A stretch of 64,000 nucleotides of DNA from an uncultured Clostridia bacterium. GTDB lineage: Bacteria; Bacillota; Clostridia; Oscillospirales; CAG-272. This document shows positions 1-10,051 of the stretch, piece after piece. Each line of letters opens with the position of its first letter. Position 1 is the stretch's first letter. The translations under genes were made by a program, and so were the position numbers. The stretch covers positions 44,240 to 108,239 of the forward strand of contig CALXUV010000028.1 of NCBI GenBank assembly GCA_944391815.1. Reading direction: 5' to 3'. The notes below the pieces were generated by a model. It made no database searches. It was given only the letters and a program-made list of their open reading frames with translations, and had not been told where the DNA came from.

Positions 1-163
1 TAGCGGGCGGTTCGTTTTCAAGTGGCATTCTGCCTTTGAAAAGTTCGGGATTTTCGCTGTCAATTTCCGAAAAAAGAGATTTGTTTTCGGAAAAAGGATT
101 TGTTTTCTTTACGTCTTTTTCTTTATTGTCAGCAAATCCGGAGCCTTCATTCTGAAAATTCAT
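1..163 (-). CDS. hypothetical acidic protein, 5' part only (gene runs off window start)
   Basis: ATG at 161-163 on minus strand preceded by AGGAAAGGAAGG RBS; translation MNFQNEGSGFADNKEKDVKK... stays open to position 1; not in ORF track because truncated. Confidence 0.3.
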   Translation of the reverse strand, partial: MNFQNEGSGFADNKEKDVKKTNPFSENKSLFSEIDSENPELFKGRMPLENEPPA

Positions 164-352
164 CTGTTGACCTTCCTTTCCTGAAAGTATAGGCAGTGAG
201 TTTTTGAGAAAATTATCGTTTTTTTCCGATAACAGAACATTTTTACTTTATCACATAACGGTTTTGATTTAAAGTGGCTGTGATACCTTTGCGTAAACGG
301 CAGAAAACAGCTGAAACCGTACTTGCCTTTCTAAAACAAATGAAGTCGGAAA

Positions 353-1330
353 TCAGACGGTTGGTTTCGGCAGATAGGCAAGGAGTGTTTTCAGTTTATT
401 GTGTTTTATACTCTGGATAAGGTGAGGAAGCTCGTTTTCAAATACCTTGGTGTGATATTCCATGTTTTCCGAAGGAAGTCTTGAAAAAGCTGACGACAGA
501 ATTTTCTGGAGTTCTTCCGGCGTGTAATCCTCAAGAAGCGCTTCTGCGTTGCGGACGTCATCCTCGCTGAGAAGAACGTGAGTATTTCCGGGCATCAGGA
601 ACTGACAGATTATTGCGCATCTGAGTACCGGGATATAAAGGTTGCCGATATTGCTTTCCATTTCATTTGCTCTCATCATTTCAAATCCGATGAGAGTTTT
701 GACTTCTTCGCTGTCGTAGCACCTGCAAAACAGATTTTCCGCAAGGAGGTTGGTCAGGTATTTTTTCAGCCTTACGACTCCGGAACCTCTGGGATTCAAT
801 GCGGTTTTGTATCTCGGAATGACGGGGTTTCTGTGGGCGCCGAATCTGATGCTGTAAGTTTTTGAGAAAGCACGGATATCCTCGTCAAGAGCTTTGTTGT
901 AATCCTCGCTCCCGCCGGGAAGTCTGTTCTGCTTGTTTTTGAACATAAGCGCAGTACAGTCAGCCATTACACGTTTAAGAGAAGCTCCTCCGGAATCGTA
1001 AAGGAATTTCACGGTTTTTTCCTTTACTTCTTCAAGTGCTTTTTCGGGGTTTTTGAGAGAAATGAGATAAGCGTCAATATTGTAAAGAAGTGAAGAAAGC
1101 AGCTCGTTTGCCTTGTCATTTGAAAGTGAAGAGCTTTTGCCCTCGGTGAATTCGTCAATGACAAATGCAAGCCCGTCAAAGATTTTGGATTTAAGAGCTG
1201 TTTCCTCGTTTTCGTCAATAACGCCGATTCGTACGGCTTCGCGAAGCAAGGAAAGCGTATAATCAGTGCTGCTTGCTTTGAATCTGCTTGTTATGTCACT
1301 GATGTTCTTGTAGTTTTGTAACTGGTTCAT
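353..1330 (-). CDS. hypothetical protein (325 aa), no recognisable motif
   Basis: Long ORF in ORF track; tandem with neighbouring minus-strand ORFs. Confidence 0.5.
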   Translation of the reverse strand: MNQLQNYKNISDITSRFKASSTDYTLSLLREAVRIGVIDENEETALKSKIFDGLAFVIDEFTEGKSSSLSNDKANELLSSLLYNIDAYLISLKNPEKALEEVKEKTVKFLYDSGGASLKRVMADCTALMFKNKQNRLPGGSEDYNKALDEDIRAFSKTYSIRFGAHRNPVIPRYKTALNPRGSGVVRLKKYLTNLLAENLFCRCYDSEEVKTLIGFEMMRANEMESNIGNLYIPVLRCAIICQFLMPGNTHVLLSEDDVRNAEALLEDYTPEELQKILSSAFSRLPSENMEYHTKVFENELPHLIQSIKHNKLKTLLAYLPKPTV

Positions 1331-1378
1331 TTTGTTCCTTTCGTGTTGGGGCAGACCGACAATGGAAATGCTGGTACA

Positions 1379-1837
1379 TTACTTTGTACTGCGGTTGTAG
1401 AATGCGATAAATTCATCAAATGCGACAGACGAATAAATACGGGAGACGTCACCGCCCGCATCATTTTCAAAGACGTCCTTCAGAAAAGAAATCACGGTTT
1501 CGTCATCTGCCTTGTCAAAGGTTTCCGACTTTATGGTGTAGAAACATTCAAGCAGACCTTCGATAACGTCCTTGAAATTCTGAGGACTGATGTATCCGCT
1601 GTCGCAAAACTCCTCAATAATTCTCTTTACGGCACCGATTCCGACCTCAATTCTTTCGGTTTCCGAAAGCAGTTCCGACCGGCTTTCCGCAATTTCCTTG
1701 CAATCGTCTGGGGACAGCACAAGACCGTATTCTTCGGTTTTTTCATTCAGAGCGGAAATTTCTTTGGCAACATAACGGTTCTGAATATCGCTGAGCAAGC
1801 CACCTGTGAATATCGACAGATAATCTGGCATGAACAT
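1379..1837 (-). CDS. hypothetical protein; ORF track extends to 1897 with TTG, but ATG at 1837 with AAAGGAG RBS is the likelier start
   Basis: ORF 1379..1897; internal MFMPDYLSIF start preceded by aaaggagcg. Confidence 0.5.
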   Translation of the reverse strand: MFMPDYLSIFTGGLLSDIQNRYVAKEISALNEKTEEYGLVLSPDDCKEIAESRSELLSETERIEVGIGAVKRIIEEFCDSGYISPQNFKDVIEGLLECFYTIKSETFDKADDETVISFLKDVFENDAGGDVSRIYSSVAFDEFIAFYNRSTK

Positions 1838-1890
1838 CGCTCCTTTCGGCAGTCGTAACGGATAAAAGTCCGGCGATTTTTTAAAATCTC

Positions 1891-1919
1891 TTGACAAAAC
1901 AAACGCATTGTGCTAATAT
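1891..1919 (+). promoter_or_regulatory. sigma-70-like promoter for thrS leader (TTGACA-17-TAATAT)
   Basis: ttgacaaaacaaacgcattgtgctaatat. Confidence 0.4.
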
Positions 1920-1924
1920 AGTAA

Positions 1925-2285
1925 TGCTCCGGAGTATAGCTGTTGCAAGACAGTGTTACATTTACTTAATTATACAACAGAAGGCTCGAAAAGTCAATAA
2001 TATTTTGATAATTTATATGATAATAAATTGAACCTGAAAGCTGTAAGACGGGGACTTTGAGAATAAGCCGGAAAAGCAATGCGCAGAATAACAGAGAGAA
2101 GCGCAGATAAAATCTGCTGAAAGCGCTTCAGATGCGTTTTTTTCGGTACCGCCTCAACGACAAACCGAATATCAAGAGTTAAAGACTCGGGTGGAACCGT
2201 GTGAAGTCGTCCTTTGCACCCCGACAAAGCGTTGGGGGAACAGGGCGATTTTGTTTTCCCTGATAAACCTATAGAAACGGAGGAA
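1925..2285 (+). promoter_or_regulatory. T-box leader (tRNA-sensing riboswitch) upstream of thrS
   Basis: T-box core-like cgGGTGGaACCGtG at about 2188-2201 followed by hairpin and T-rich run; about 370-nt leader between promoter and thrS; ThrRS is classically T-box controlled in Firmicutes. Confidence 0.5.
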
Positions 2286-2291
2286 AAAGAA

Positions 2292-4178
2292 ATGAGCAGT
2301 GCATACGAAAAATTGAAAAGTGCGGGAATGATCGACAGAAGTGTGATAGCCTGTACGGTGAACGGAAAGGTGAGCGACCTTACAACCGAGGTAGCGGAAG
2401 ACGACGATGTAAAATCGCTGACTTTTGAGGATGAGGAAGGAAAAAAGGTTTTCTGGCATACGGCGTCACACATTCTTGCGCAGGCGGTAAAAAACATTTA
2501 TCCCGACGCAAAACTTACGATAGGTCCGTCGACCGACAGAGGATTTTATTACGATATTGACAGAGAAAAGCCCTTTACAAACGATGAAATATCGGTGCTC
2601 GAAGCTGAAATGGGCAGAATAGTGAAAGCCGATCACAAAATAGAAAAGTTTACCCTTGACCGCGCTTCGGCAAAGAAGCTGATGGAAGAAAAAGACGAGC
2701 CGTACAAACTTCTTCTCATAGACAGAATACCTGAAGGCGAAGAGATAAGTTTTTACAGGCAGGGTGATTTTACAGACCTGTGCGCAGGACCCCATCTTTA
2801 CAGTACGGGTGCGGTGAAAGCATTCAAAATACTGCAGATAACGGGAGCATACTGGGAGGGAGACTCCAAAAACAAAATGCTTCAGAGGATATACGGGGTT
2901 GCGTTCCCGAAGAAAGAGATGCTTGCCGAGCATCTTGCCAAACTTGAGGAAGCGAAAAAAAGAGATCATAACAAACTCGGAAGAGAGCTTGAACTTTTCA
3001 CAACGGTTGACATAATCGGGCAAGGACTGCCGGTACTTCTGCCGAAAGGTGCAAAAATAGTACAGATACTTCAGCGATTTGTCGAGGACGAGGAAGAAAA
3101 GAGAGGCTGGCTCCTTACCAAAACGCCGTTTATGGCTAAGCGGGAGCTGTATAAACTTTCCGGACACTGGGATCACTATCTTGACGGAATGTTCGTTCTC
3201 GGAGATCCGAGCGATGAAACCAAAGAGTGCTTTGCTTTAAGACCTATGACTTGTCCGTTCCAGTATCAGGCATATCTCAGCAAAGCCAGATCTTACAGGG
3301 ATCTGCCTCTGAGATACAATGAAACCTCAACGCTTTTCAGAAATGAAGACAGCGGTGAAATGCACGGACTTATAAGGGTACGTCAGTTTACAATATCCGA
3401 AGGACACCTTATATGCCTTCCGAGCCAGCTGGAACAGGAATTCAAGGGTTGCCTTGAGCTTGCAATATACATGCTGAAGACGGTAGGACTTTATGATGAT
3501 GTGTCTTACAGATTTTCGCAGTGGGATCCGTCAGACAGGGAAAAGTATATCGGAACAGAGGAGCAGTGGAACGAGGCTCAGATGGCGATGAAAAATATCC
3601 TCGAACACCTCGGTATTCCTTACAAAATCGGAGTAGGAGAGGCGGCGTTTTACGGTCCGAAGCTCGACATACAGATAAAGAACGTCTACGGAAAAGAAGA
3701 TACGCTGATAACCATTCAGATAGACCAGATGCTGGCGGAAAAATTCGGCATGGAATATACGGATACCGACGGACAGAAGAAGAATCCTTATATCATTCAC
3801 AGGACGTCACTCGGATGCTATGAGCGCACACTTGCCCTTCTTATCGAAAAATATGCAGGAGCGTTCCCGCTCTGGCTTTCGCCAAATCAGGTGACAGTAA
3901 TACCGGTTTCCAATAATTTCGACGAATATTCGGAAAAAATATACCGCATGCTGAGAGATAAGGGCATACGATGCGAGCTTGATAATCGCAACGAGAAGAT
4001 CGGTTACAGAATCAGGGAAGCGAAAATGTCAAAAGTTCCGTATATGGTAATTCTCGGAGAAAAGGAACAAAATGAAGGCACGGTAACGGTAAGAAACAGA
4101 CAGGATGAGAGCGTTACCATGACGTTTGACGAATTTGCGGCAAAACTTGAAAAGGAAATCGCAGATAAGGTAAGATAG
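2292..4178 (+). CDS. thrS: threonyl-tRNA synthetase
   Basis: TGS/second-additional/class II core/anticodon-binding order; protein MSSAYEKLKSAGMIDRSVIACTVNGKV...; RBS GGAGGAAAAAG before ATG 2292 (ORF track starts earlier at 2214 inside leader). Confidence 0.95.
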   Translation: MSSAYEKLKSAGMIDRSVIACTVNGKVSDLTTEVAEDDDVKSLTFEDEEGKKVFWHTASHILAQAVKNIYPDAKLTIGPSTDRGFYYDIDREKPFTNDEISVLEAEMGRIVKADHKIEKFTLDRASAKKLMEEKDEPYKLLLIDRIPEGEEISFYRQGDFTDLCAGPHLYSTGAVKAFKILQITGAYWEGDSKNKMLQRIYGVAFPKKEMLAEHLAKLEEAKKRDHNKLGRELELFTTVDIIGQGLPVLLPKGAKIVQILQRFVEDEEEKRGWLLTKTPFMAKRELYKLSGHWDHYLDGMFVLGDPSDETKECFALRPMTCPFQYQAYLSKARSYRDLPLRYNETSTLFRNEDSGEMHGLIRVRQFTISEGHLICLPSQLEQEFKGCLELAIYMLKTVGLYDDVSYRFSQWDPSDREKYIGTEEQWNEAQMAMKNILEHLGIPYKIGVGEAAFYGPKLDIQIKNVYGKEDTLITIQIDQMLAEKFGMEYTDTDGQKKNPYIIHRTSLGCYERTLALLIEKYAGAFPLWLSPNQVTVIPVSNNFDEYSEKIYRMLRDKGIRCELDNRNEKIGYRIREAKMSKVPYMVILGEKEQNEGTVTVRNRQDESVTMTFDEFAAKLEKEIADKVR

Positions 4179-4215
4179 TTTTCTGCTGAATCTGATATAC
4201 GAGGAAACAGTATTA

Positions 4216-4302
4216 TGAATACCCCGACAATAGTAACCGAACGCCTGATTTTGAGGAAATTCACGGAGCAAGATTTATACGAAAACCATTTCATTGAAGA
4301 AG
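4216..4302 (+). pseudogene. remnant N-terminus of a GNAT/RimJ-like acetyltransferase (about 28 codons then stop)
   Basis: MNTPTIVTERLILRKFTEQDLYENHFIEEV* matches the conserved ERLxLRxFTExD start of RimJ/RimL-type GNATs; no full-length continuation. Confidence 0.4.
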
Positions 4303-4444
4303 TGTGATATGTAGCTCTGTGGCCGGTAAAATTGTCAGACTCGCTTAACGGTCAGATGCTCCGGGATCCACTGCGCTTATTCCTATCAATGTTCACAGGC
4401 AAGAATAAAAGATAAATTTATTGCCGCAACTCAGCGGCACACTT

Positions 4445-4480
4445 AGCAGTAGGTCAGAAGATGACTTACTGCTTTTTTAT
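4445..4480 (+). terminator. rho-independent terminator downstream of thrS
   Basis: agcagta...tactgct stem then TTTTTTAT. Confidence 0.5.
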
Positions 4481-4521
4481 TCGTTAAAAAGCGGCAGACA
4501 GGCACACAGCGGCTTCCGTAC

Positions 4522-4550
4522 TTGACAATAATCCGCTGTTATGATATTAT
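4522..4550 (+). promoter_or_regulatory. sigma-70-like promoter (TTGACA-17-TATTAT)
   Basis: ttgacaataatccgctgttatgatattat. Confidence 0.4.
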
Positions 4551-4566
4551 GTAGGGGTTATAAGAA

Positions 4567-5640
4567 ATGAAAGGCATTCATGATATGAAATATCTTTTTT
4601 TTGACATAGAATGTGCTAACTGCGAGGGCGGAAACGGAAAAATCTGCAGTTTCGGATACGTAAAAACAGACGAAAAGTTTCGTGTTCTTGAAAACCGTGA
4701 CATAATTATCAACCCAAGGTCTGAATTCAGACTTCAAAACTTTTCGTCAAAAAAATATATTGAGCTTGCCTATCCCGAATCGGAATTTCTGTCAGCTGAA
4801 GATTTCAGGGAACATTACCCGGAAATAAAGGATATTCTGAAAGAAGAGGAACTTCTGATATTCGGTTACGCCGTTGAAAACGATGCAGGTTTTTTGAGGT
4901 CGGAGTTTGAGAGATACAGACTTGAATGTGTTAATTTCCGCTTCTACGATGTTCAGAGACTCTACTGTAAAAGCGTAGGCAAACCGCTTACGCAGATGTG
5001 TTCACTTTCCGATGCCTGTTTTGAGGCAGGGATAGAAACGAGCTGTGTATGTCATAAGAGCAGTGATGATGCTTTTCTGACGATGAAACTTCTTGAAAAA
5101 ATCACAGAGGTCAAGGGAAAGAGCGTGCCGGAACTTCTCGGTGAAACCGACAGAATCAGCGGAACTCTTGAAAACGGGGAAATATACGCCGAATACTTTA
5201 AAAACAGGAATTTTATCAAGCCCGGAGAAGAAAATTTAATAAGGGGAAAAAACAAAGACGATTATAAAAATTTTCTGAGAAGGCTGGCGCTGCGAAGCTA
5301 TAAGCAAAAAGCTACTTTTTCCGGAATTTACGAACACAGACATTTCAAAGAAATGGTTGTTCTTGTCAGTATGCTTGCCGAGAGAGGGATAGGGTATACG
5401 GACAAGGCGTCAGATGCCGACATATATATAAGGAAGCCGCAGAATGCTCCCGGGATATGCTCAAAAGAAGAATATGTAAAAGAGCTCAATCTCCGCAAAA
5501 ATGCCACAAGAAAAATAGAAATAATGTGGTTTGGCAGCATGCTGAGGACACTCGGACTTACTCCCGCGCTGCTAAAAGAAAAAGCCGAGGATTACGAAAG
5601 GATATTAACGGAAGTAAAAAATGAAACACTGCCTGTCTGA
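4567..5640 (+). CDS. DEDDh-type 3'-5' exonuclease domain protein (DnaQ-like)
   Basis: Exo motifs FFDIE (I), GYAVENDAGF (II), HKSSDDAFLTMKLL (III, H-x4-D). Confidence 0.7.
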   Translation: MKGIHDMKYLFFDIECANCEGGNGKICSFGYVKTDEKFRVLENRDIIINPRSEFRLQNFSSKKYIELAYPESEFLSAEDFREHYPEIKDILKEEELLIFGYAVENDAGFLRSEFERYRLECVNFRFYDVQRLYCKSVGKPLTQMCSLSDACFEAGIETSCVCHKSSDDAFLTMKLLEKITEVKGKSVPELLGETDRISGTLENGEIYAEYFKNRNFIKPGEENLIRGKNKDDYKNFLRRLALRSYKQKATFSGIYEHRHFKEMVVLVSMLAERGIGYTDKASDADIYIRKPQNAPGICSKEEYVKELNLRKNATRKIEIMWFGSMLRTLGLTPALLKEKAEDYERILTEVKNETLPV

Positions 5641-6397
5641 AGAGGAAGAATTGCTGATAAAAAAAGCCGTCGACAAGATGCGTCTCAGCGAAAAAAGATA
5701 TTCTTTGACCTGCACCGGTTTTTTAAATGAAACAGAACAGGCTTTGCTGATGGAATATTTTAGTGACAATGACGGCTTGACTATGGCGTTTGAAGGAGGC
5801 TACCCGGATGCAGACAGAAAAGTACTGCTTTTTTTCCCTGTATACACCGAGTTTTCTCCCGATGAAGTAATTTCGGCAGTAAGATGCTCATATTATAAAG
5901 AGTATAAACTCAGTCACCGTGATTTTCTCGGCGCAGTGCTGGCACTCGGACTTGAAAGATCGGCTGTCGGCGATATAATTGTCAACGACGGTGAAAAATA
6001 TACCGATATTGTAGTAAAAAAAGAAGTACTGCCTTTTGTTGCCGAAAATCTCGTCAAGGCAGGAAGGGCTGCGCTGAAAACAGAAGAAATTTCTCTCGGA
6101 GAGCTCAGACGTATTGACGATGACAGGGTTATAACAAGAGAAACAGTCGCATCACTGAGAACTGACGCCGTTATCTCTGCAGCACTCGGAATATCCCGCG
6201 AAAAATCTGCTGAAGCGGTAAGAAGCGGTAAGGTTTTCGTTAACCGTAAAAACGTGACAGAAACCGATAAAATATTGGATGACGGCAGCCTTGTGAATGT
6301 GGTAGGATACGGCAAATTTATTTTGCATGTGACCGACAGCGTAAGCAGAAAAGGACGTACTGTCATAGAAATAGAAAAATGGGGAAATTCCGGATAA
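5621..6397 (+). CDS. ylmH: YlmH-like S4-domain RNA-binding protein
   Basis: C-terminal S4 motif RTDAVISAALGISREKSAEAVRSGKVFVNRKNV; overlaps upstream gene by 20 nt. Confidence 0.7.
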   Translation: MKHCLSEEEELLIKKAVDKMRLSEKRYSLTCTGFLNETEQALLMEYFSDNDGLTMAFEGGYPDADRKVLLFFPVYTEFSPDEVISAVRCSYYKEYKLSHRDFLGAVLALGLERSAVGDIIVNDGEKYTDIVVKKEVLPFVAENLVKAGRAALKTEEISLGELRRIDDDRVITRETVASLRTDAVISAALGISREKSAEAVRSGKVFVNRKNVTETDKILDDGSLVNVVGYGKFILHVTDSVSRKGRTVIEIEKWGNSG

Positions 6398-6467
6398 AAT
6401 TGTGACCGAATTAATGACAGGTTTTTAAGTATAGTTAACGCAGTAATGTATTTTTTTGTTTGGGTAC

Positions 6468-6496
6468 TTGATTTATTTCGGATAGTGTGGTATAAT
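6468..6496 (+). promoter_or_regulatory. sigma-70-like promoter (TTGATT-17-TATAAT)
   Basis: ttgatttatttcggatagtgtggtataat. Confidence 0.4.
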
Positions 6497-6554
6497 ATGA
6501 CGGGTTTTGGCGGAATTTGTGATTAAAGGATGAAAAGAAAACCGGAGAGAATAC

Positions 6555-7211
6555 ATGAAATTTAAACACTCTTTTTTTGTGGGTGAAGAAAACAGAATCA
6601 AAATATTCGGAGTCGATTTTGTTAATCTGTATTTTGTCGGAATAATTTTTGCTCAGTTCGGCTGGACTGCGGAAAATGTCGCCAGAATAATAACACTCGG
6701 AATATTCGACTGCAGATTTCATCTGCTCCCTTTTATATCGCCGTATATGCTTATAGCGTTTGCTTTTCATATATTTTTCAGAGATTCTGACAATATAACT
6801 TTTTTCGGTAAGAAATTATTCAGAAAGCGTACATTTTTTACCGTAGCTGCGGAAAATGCGCTGTGCCTTCTCATGATATGCACGGCTGTGTTTTTAGGCG
6901 AATTGATTGTGGGAAATATGTGGGAAATCTGCTTTGGCGTTCAGCTTTGGAACTATTCCGAACAACCTTTTCACGTTACTCAGTACGCAGGACTTATACC
7001 GACGCTTGGATATGGAATCGGCGCCTTTCTGATTTTCAAACTCATATATAATCCGCTTATGAAATCAGTAAGCAAAGAAATAAGCTATAAAGTAGTTAAA
7101 ACAACTGATCTGACGCTCGGAGCATTTATACTTATCGATACCTTAATAATGATAATTCAGATAATGGTATTCGGAAATCCTCCGATCTATTGGGTGGTAA
7201 GAATATGGTAA
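6555..7211 (+). CDS. polytopic membrane protein, unknown function
   Basis: 5-6 hydrophobic helices in 218 aa; overlaps next gene by 22 nt. Confidence 0.55.
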   Translation: MKFKHSFFVGEENRIKIFGVDFVNLYFVGIIFAQFGWTAENVARIITLGIFDCRFHLLPFISPYMLIAFAFHIFFRDSDNITFFGKKLFRKRTFFTVAAENALCLLMICTAVFLGELIVGNMWEICFGVQLWNYSEQPFHVTQYAGLIPTLGYGIGAFLIFKLIYNPLMKSVSKEISYKVVKTTDLTLGAFILIDTLIMIIQIMVFGNPPIYWVVRIW

Positions 7212-7810
7212 ATTACTTGGAAAGAGGTAAAATCTACCTCGTTATTTCACAAACCGGAACCATACTTTCGAGAATAGTCAAAACGGTTACCGGAGATAAA
7301 TACAATCACGTTTCAATTGCACTTGACAACCGTCTTGAAAATATGTATTCATTCGGCAGAACAAATCCTTATAATCCGGTGCACGGCGGATTTGTCAGAG
7401 AGTCAAGGGACAGCGGAACTTTCAGAAGATTCATCAACACCGAAGCAATGATAGTGGAAGTGTCACTTGATATGGATCAGTACAGAAAGATCACCGAGGA
7501 ACTGAGACGTATGTACCTTATGAAGGAAAGATACCATTACAATTACATGGGGCTTGTAATGGCTATGTTCGGAAAGCAACGGTGTAAGGAAAACTGTTAT
7601 TACTGTTCGGAGTTTGTTTACCGTATCCTCAAAAAGCATGGAATAGAACTTGCCGGCGGTGAAAGAAAGGTAGTAAAACCGATAAATCTTGCCGAAGTTG
7701 AGGGCGGTAAAAAAATTTATGAGGGCAGACTTCAGGACTTCAACAGATACAGTTACGGCATTGTGATAAAAAACGGACTTTTTCTTACAAATCCGAAGCG
7801 TTCAAACTGA
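7190..7810 (+). CDS. YiiX/DUF830-like permuted papain-fold (NlpC/P60 superfamily) protein; true start probably 7205
   Basis: KYNHVSIAL ... YYCSEFVYRIL arrangement resembles the permuted Cys/His papain-like hydrolases. Confidence 0.4.
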   Translation: MGGKNMVNYLERGKIYLVISQTGTILSRIVKTVTGDKYNHVSIALDNRLENMYSFGRTNPYNPVHGGFVRESRDSGTFRRFINTEAMIVEVSLDMDQYRKITEELRRMYLMKERYHYNYMGLVMAMFGKQRCKENCYYCSEFVYRILKKHGIELAGGERKVVKPINLAEVEGGKKIYEGRLQDFNRYSYGIVIKNGLFLTNPKRSN

Positions 7811-7943
7811 ACATCCGGAGATTTTCATTAAAACCCGCACTTTTTGGATATTCAGAGAAAAAGTTCAGGACTCTCAGCGGTATATTGATTTAAGTAAGAT
7901 GCGCAGTATCTGAGTTCTTTCATATAAGAAAAGGAGAGGAAAA

Positions 7944-8604
7944 ATGAAGCACATAAGCGAGATACAGATAAGAGATCCGTTTATAGTGCATAAGTATAAA
8001 GGCAGATATTATATGTTTGCCACCTTCTACGGAAACGGAAAAAGGGGAAGTCAGATACTTGTTTCAGATATGATCGACGGAAAATACGTACCTTATTCGG
8101 AAGGAACTATAATACCGGAAAACTGGTTTTCGCCTGACGCGACATTTTATGTGGAGGACGGTATACCGTACACTGTATTCTGTCACGAATGGGTGCAGGC
8201 GGTTGACGGCGAGGTGGTCCTTCAAAGGCTTTCCGATGATCTTAGAAAACCGGTAGGAGAGCCCACTGTGCTTTTCAAAGCTACCGATGCCGGGTGGCCT
8301 CAGCAGATTTCCGGCGATAAGCATACCGGATATGTCACTGACGGTCCGTTTCTTTTCAAGAAGAAGGACGAGCTTGTTATGCTTTGGTCGAGCTTTTAAA
8401 AAGGTAAATATGCTATAACAGCGGCAAGGTCAAAAGGCGGAATAAAAGGTCCCTGGAAGCAGGAAGAGGTTCCGATGTTCCGGGACGACTGCGGACACGG
8501 AATGCTGTTCCGCACATATGACGGAAAACTTATGCTTTCGGTACATTCACCAAACAAAAGTCCACTTGAAAGAGCCTGTTTCAAGGATGTTACCGATAAA
8601 ATCT
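7944..8604 (+). pseudogene. GH43-like glycoside hydrolase interrupted by in-frame TAA at 8397-8399
   Basis: MKHISEIQIRDPFIV... reads ...LVMLWSSF*KGKYAITAARSKGGIKGPWKQEEVPMFRDDCGHGMLFRTYDGKLMLSVHSPNK... in the same frame across the stop to 8604. Confidence 0.55.
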
Positions 8605-8712
8605 GAGCTTGAAGCGCATTAAATTTTCATCCCGGTAAAGCGGTGGCAAACCCCGTTTTATCCGGGATTTTTTTGTTTTATTTTTCAAAAACGCAAAAAA
8701 TTCAATTTTTAC

Positions 8713-8741
8713 TTGACAAAAACGCATTGCTGTGGTATAAT
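8713..8741 (+). promoter_or_regulatory. sigma-70 promoter for pheST leader (TTGACA-17-TATAAT)
   Basis: ttgacaaaaacgcattgctgtggtataat. Confidence 0.55.
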
Positions 8742-8744
8742 AAC

Positions 8745-9030
8745 TTAAAAATCAAATTTCTGACTGCGATTATGTGTAAGTACCGGATTCAGTAAACTTG
8801 TCAGAGACGGAAAATCATCGGCTGAAAGTTTTCCGAAGGTCTGTTCCCGGGAATTTCAGCATATGAGTCTCCGCCGGAAAGCGTTACGCATAAGACGGAT
8901 GTAACCGCTGCATTAAAGCGGAAAAAGAGCAAAGATCTCTGTCTTTGAAATAGGGTGGTACCGCGGATGTTTTCCGTCCCTTTTCGGCAGGGGTTATTTT
9001 TTTATTCTTCGCAGATAAGCGAGAAAGGAA
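8745..9030 (+). promoter_or_regulatory. T-box leader upstream of pheS-pheT
   Basis: Canonical T-box AGGGTGGTACCGCGG at 8952-8966 followed by hairpin and TTATTTTTTTATT. Confidence 0.75.
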
Positions 9031-9035
9031 ACGTT

Positions 9036-10034
9036 ATGAAAAACCATATTGAGAAGGTAAGGGAAGAGCTGCAAAGCAATCTTGTCAAAGTCACGGCAAC
9101 GGACGGTCTGAATGTGATCGAGACATCGTTCAAAAAGATTTTAAAAGAGCTTTTCGGCGAAATGAAGAATCTTCCGTCTGAAGAAAAACGTGATGCGGGT
9201 AAGCTGATAAACGATCTCAAAAACGAATTTGAAGAAAAATTCAAAAGCATGAGAGAAAAAATAGCGCAGGGAGAAAAGACGGAAACCTGCATTGATATGA
9301 GCATTGCTTCCCCGGAATTTGTAAGAGGAAAGATTCATCCTCTCATAAGAGTCGGAAAAATGATGGAAGACGTTTATAAGGAAATGGGATTTTCAATTGC
9401 CTACGGTCCGGAAATCGAAAACGACAAGCATAACTATGAAATGCTGAATATGCCGTACTATCACCCGGCAAGAGATATGCAGGATACATTTTATCTTGAA
9501 TATCCGAATGTGCTTTTAAGATCACATACCTCATGCGTGCAGATAAGATATATGCTTGAACACAAACCTCCGTTTATGATAATTTCGCCCGGAGTTGTAT
9601 ACCGTGTAGACGAAATAGATCCGCAGCATACACCCTGCTTTTATCAGGTCGAAGGACTGGTTGTGGGCGAGGGAATAAACCTTGCAAACCTCAAATGGGC
9701 TATGACGGAAAGTGCGCAGAGAATCTTCGGAAGTGATCTTCAGGTCAGATTTTCTCCGTGTTACTATCCTTATACCGAACCGAGTGCCGCTGTTGACATG
9801 AGCTGTATAATGTGCGGAGGAAAAGGCTGCCGTACATGTAAGGGCACGGGCTGGATGAGGGTTGCGGGTGCCGGAATGGTGCATCCGAACGTATTCGAAG
9901 GAGTCGGATATTCCCGTGACACGCAGGGATTTGCCTTCGGATGGGGACTGAACAGACTGCCGATGCTGTACTATAAAATAGCAGAAATGCGCAAACTGTT
10001 CGAAAACGAGATAACCCTTTGGGAACAGATATAA
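9036..10034 (+). CDS. pheS: phenylalanyl-tRNA synthetase alpha subunit
   Basis: MKNHIEKVREELQ...; class II core FRPSYFPFTEPS-like YYPYTEPSAAVDM; start after T-box (ORF track start 8955 is inside leader). Confidence 0.93.
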   Translation: MKNHIEKVREELQSNLVKVTATDGLNVIETSFKKILKELFGEMKNLPSEEKRDAGKLINDLKNEFEEKFKSMREKIAQGEKTETCIDMSIASPEFVRGKIHPLIRVGKMMEDVYKEMGFSIAYGPEIENDKHNYEMLNMPYYHPARDMQDTFYLEYPNVLLRSHTSCVQIRYMLEHKPPFMIISPGVVYRVDEIDPQHTPCFYQVEGLVVGEGINLANLKWAMTESAQRIFGSDLQVRFSPCYYPYTEPSAAVDMSCIMCGGKGCRTCKGTGWMRVAGAGMVHPNVFEGVGYSRDTQGFAFGWGLNRLPMLYYKIAEMRKLFENEITLWEQI

Positions 10035-10051
10035 GTTAAGGAGGTGTAAAG

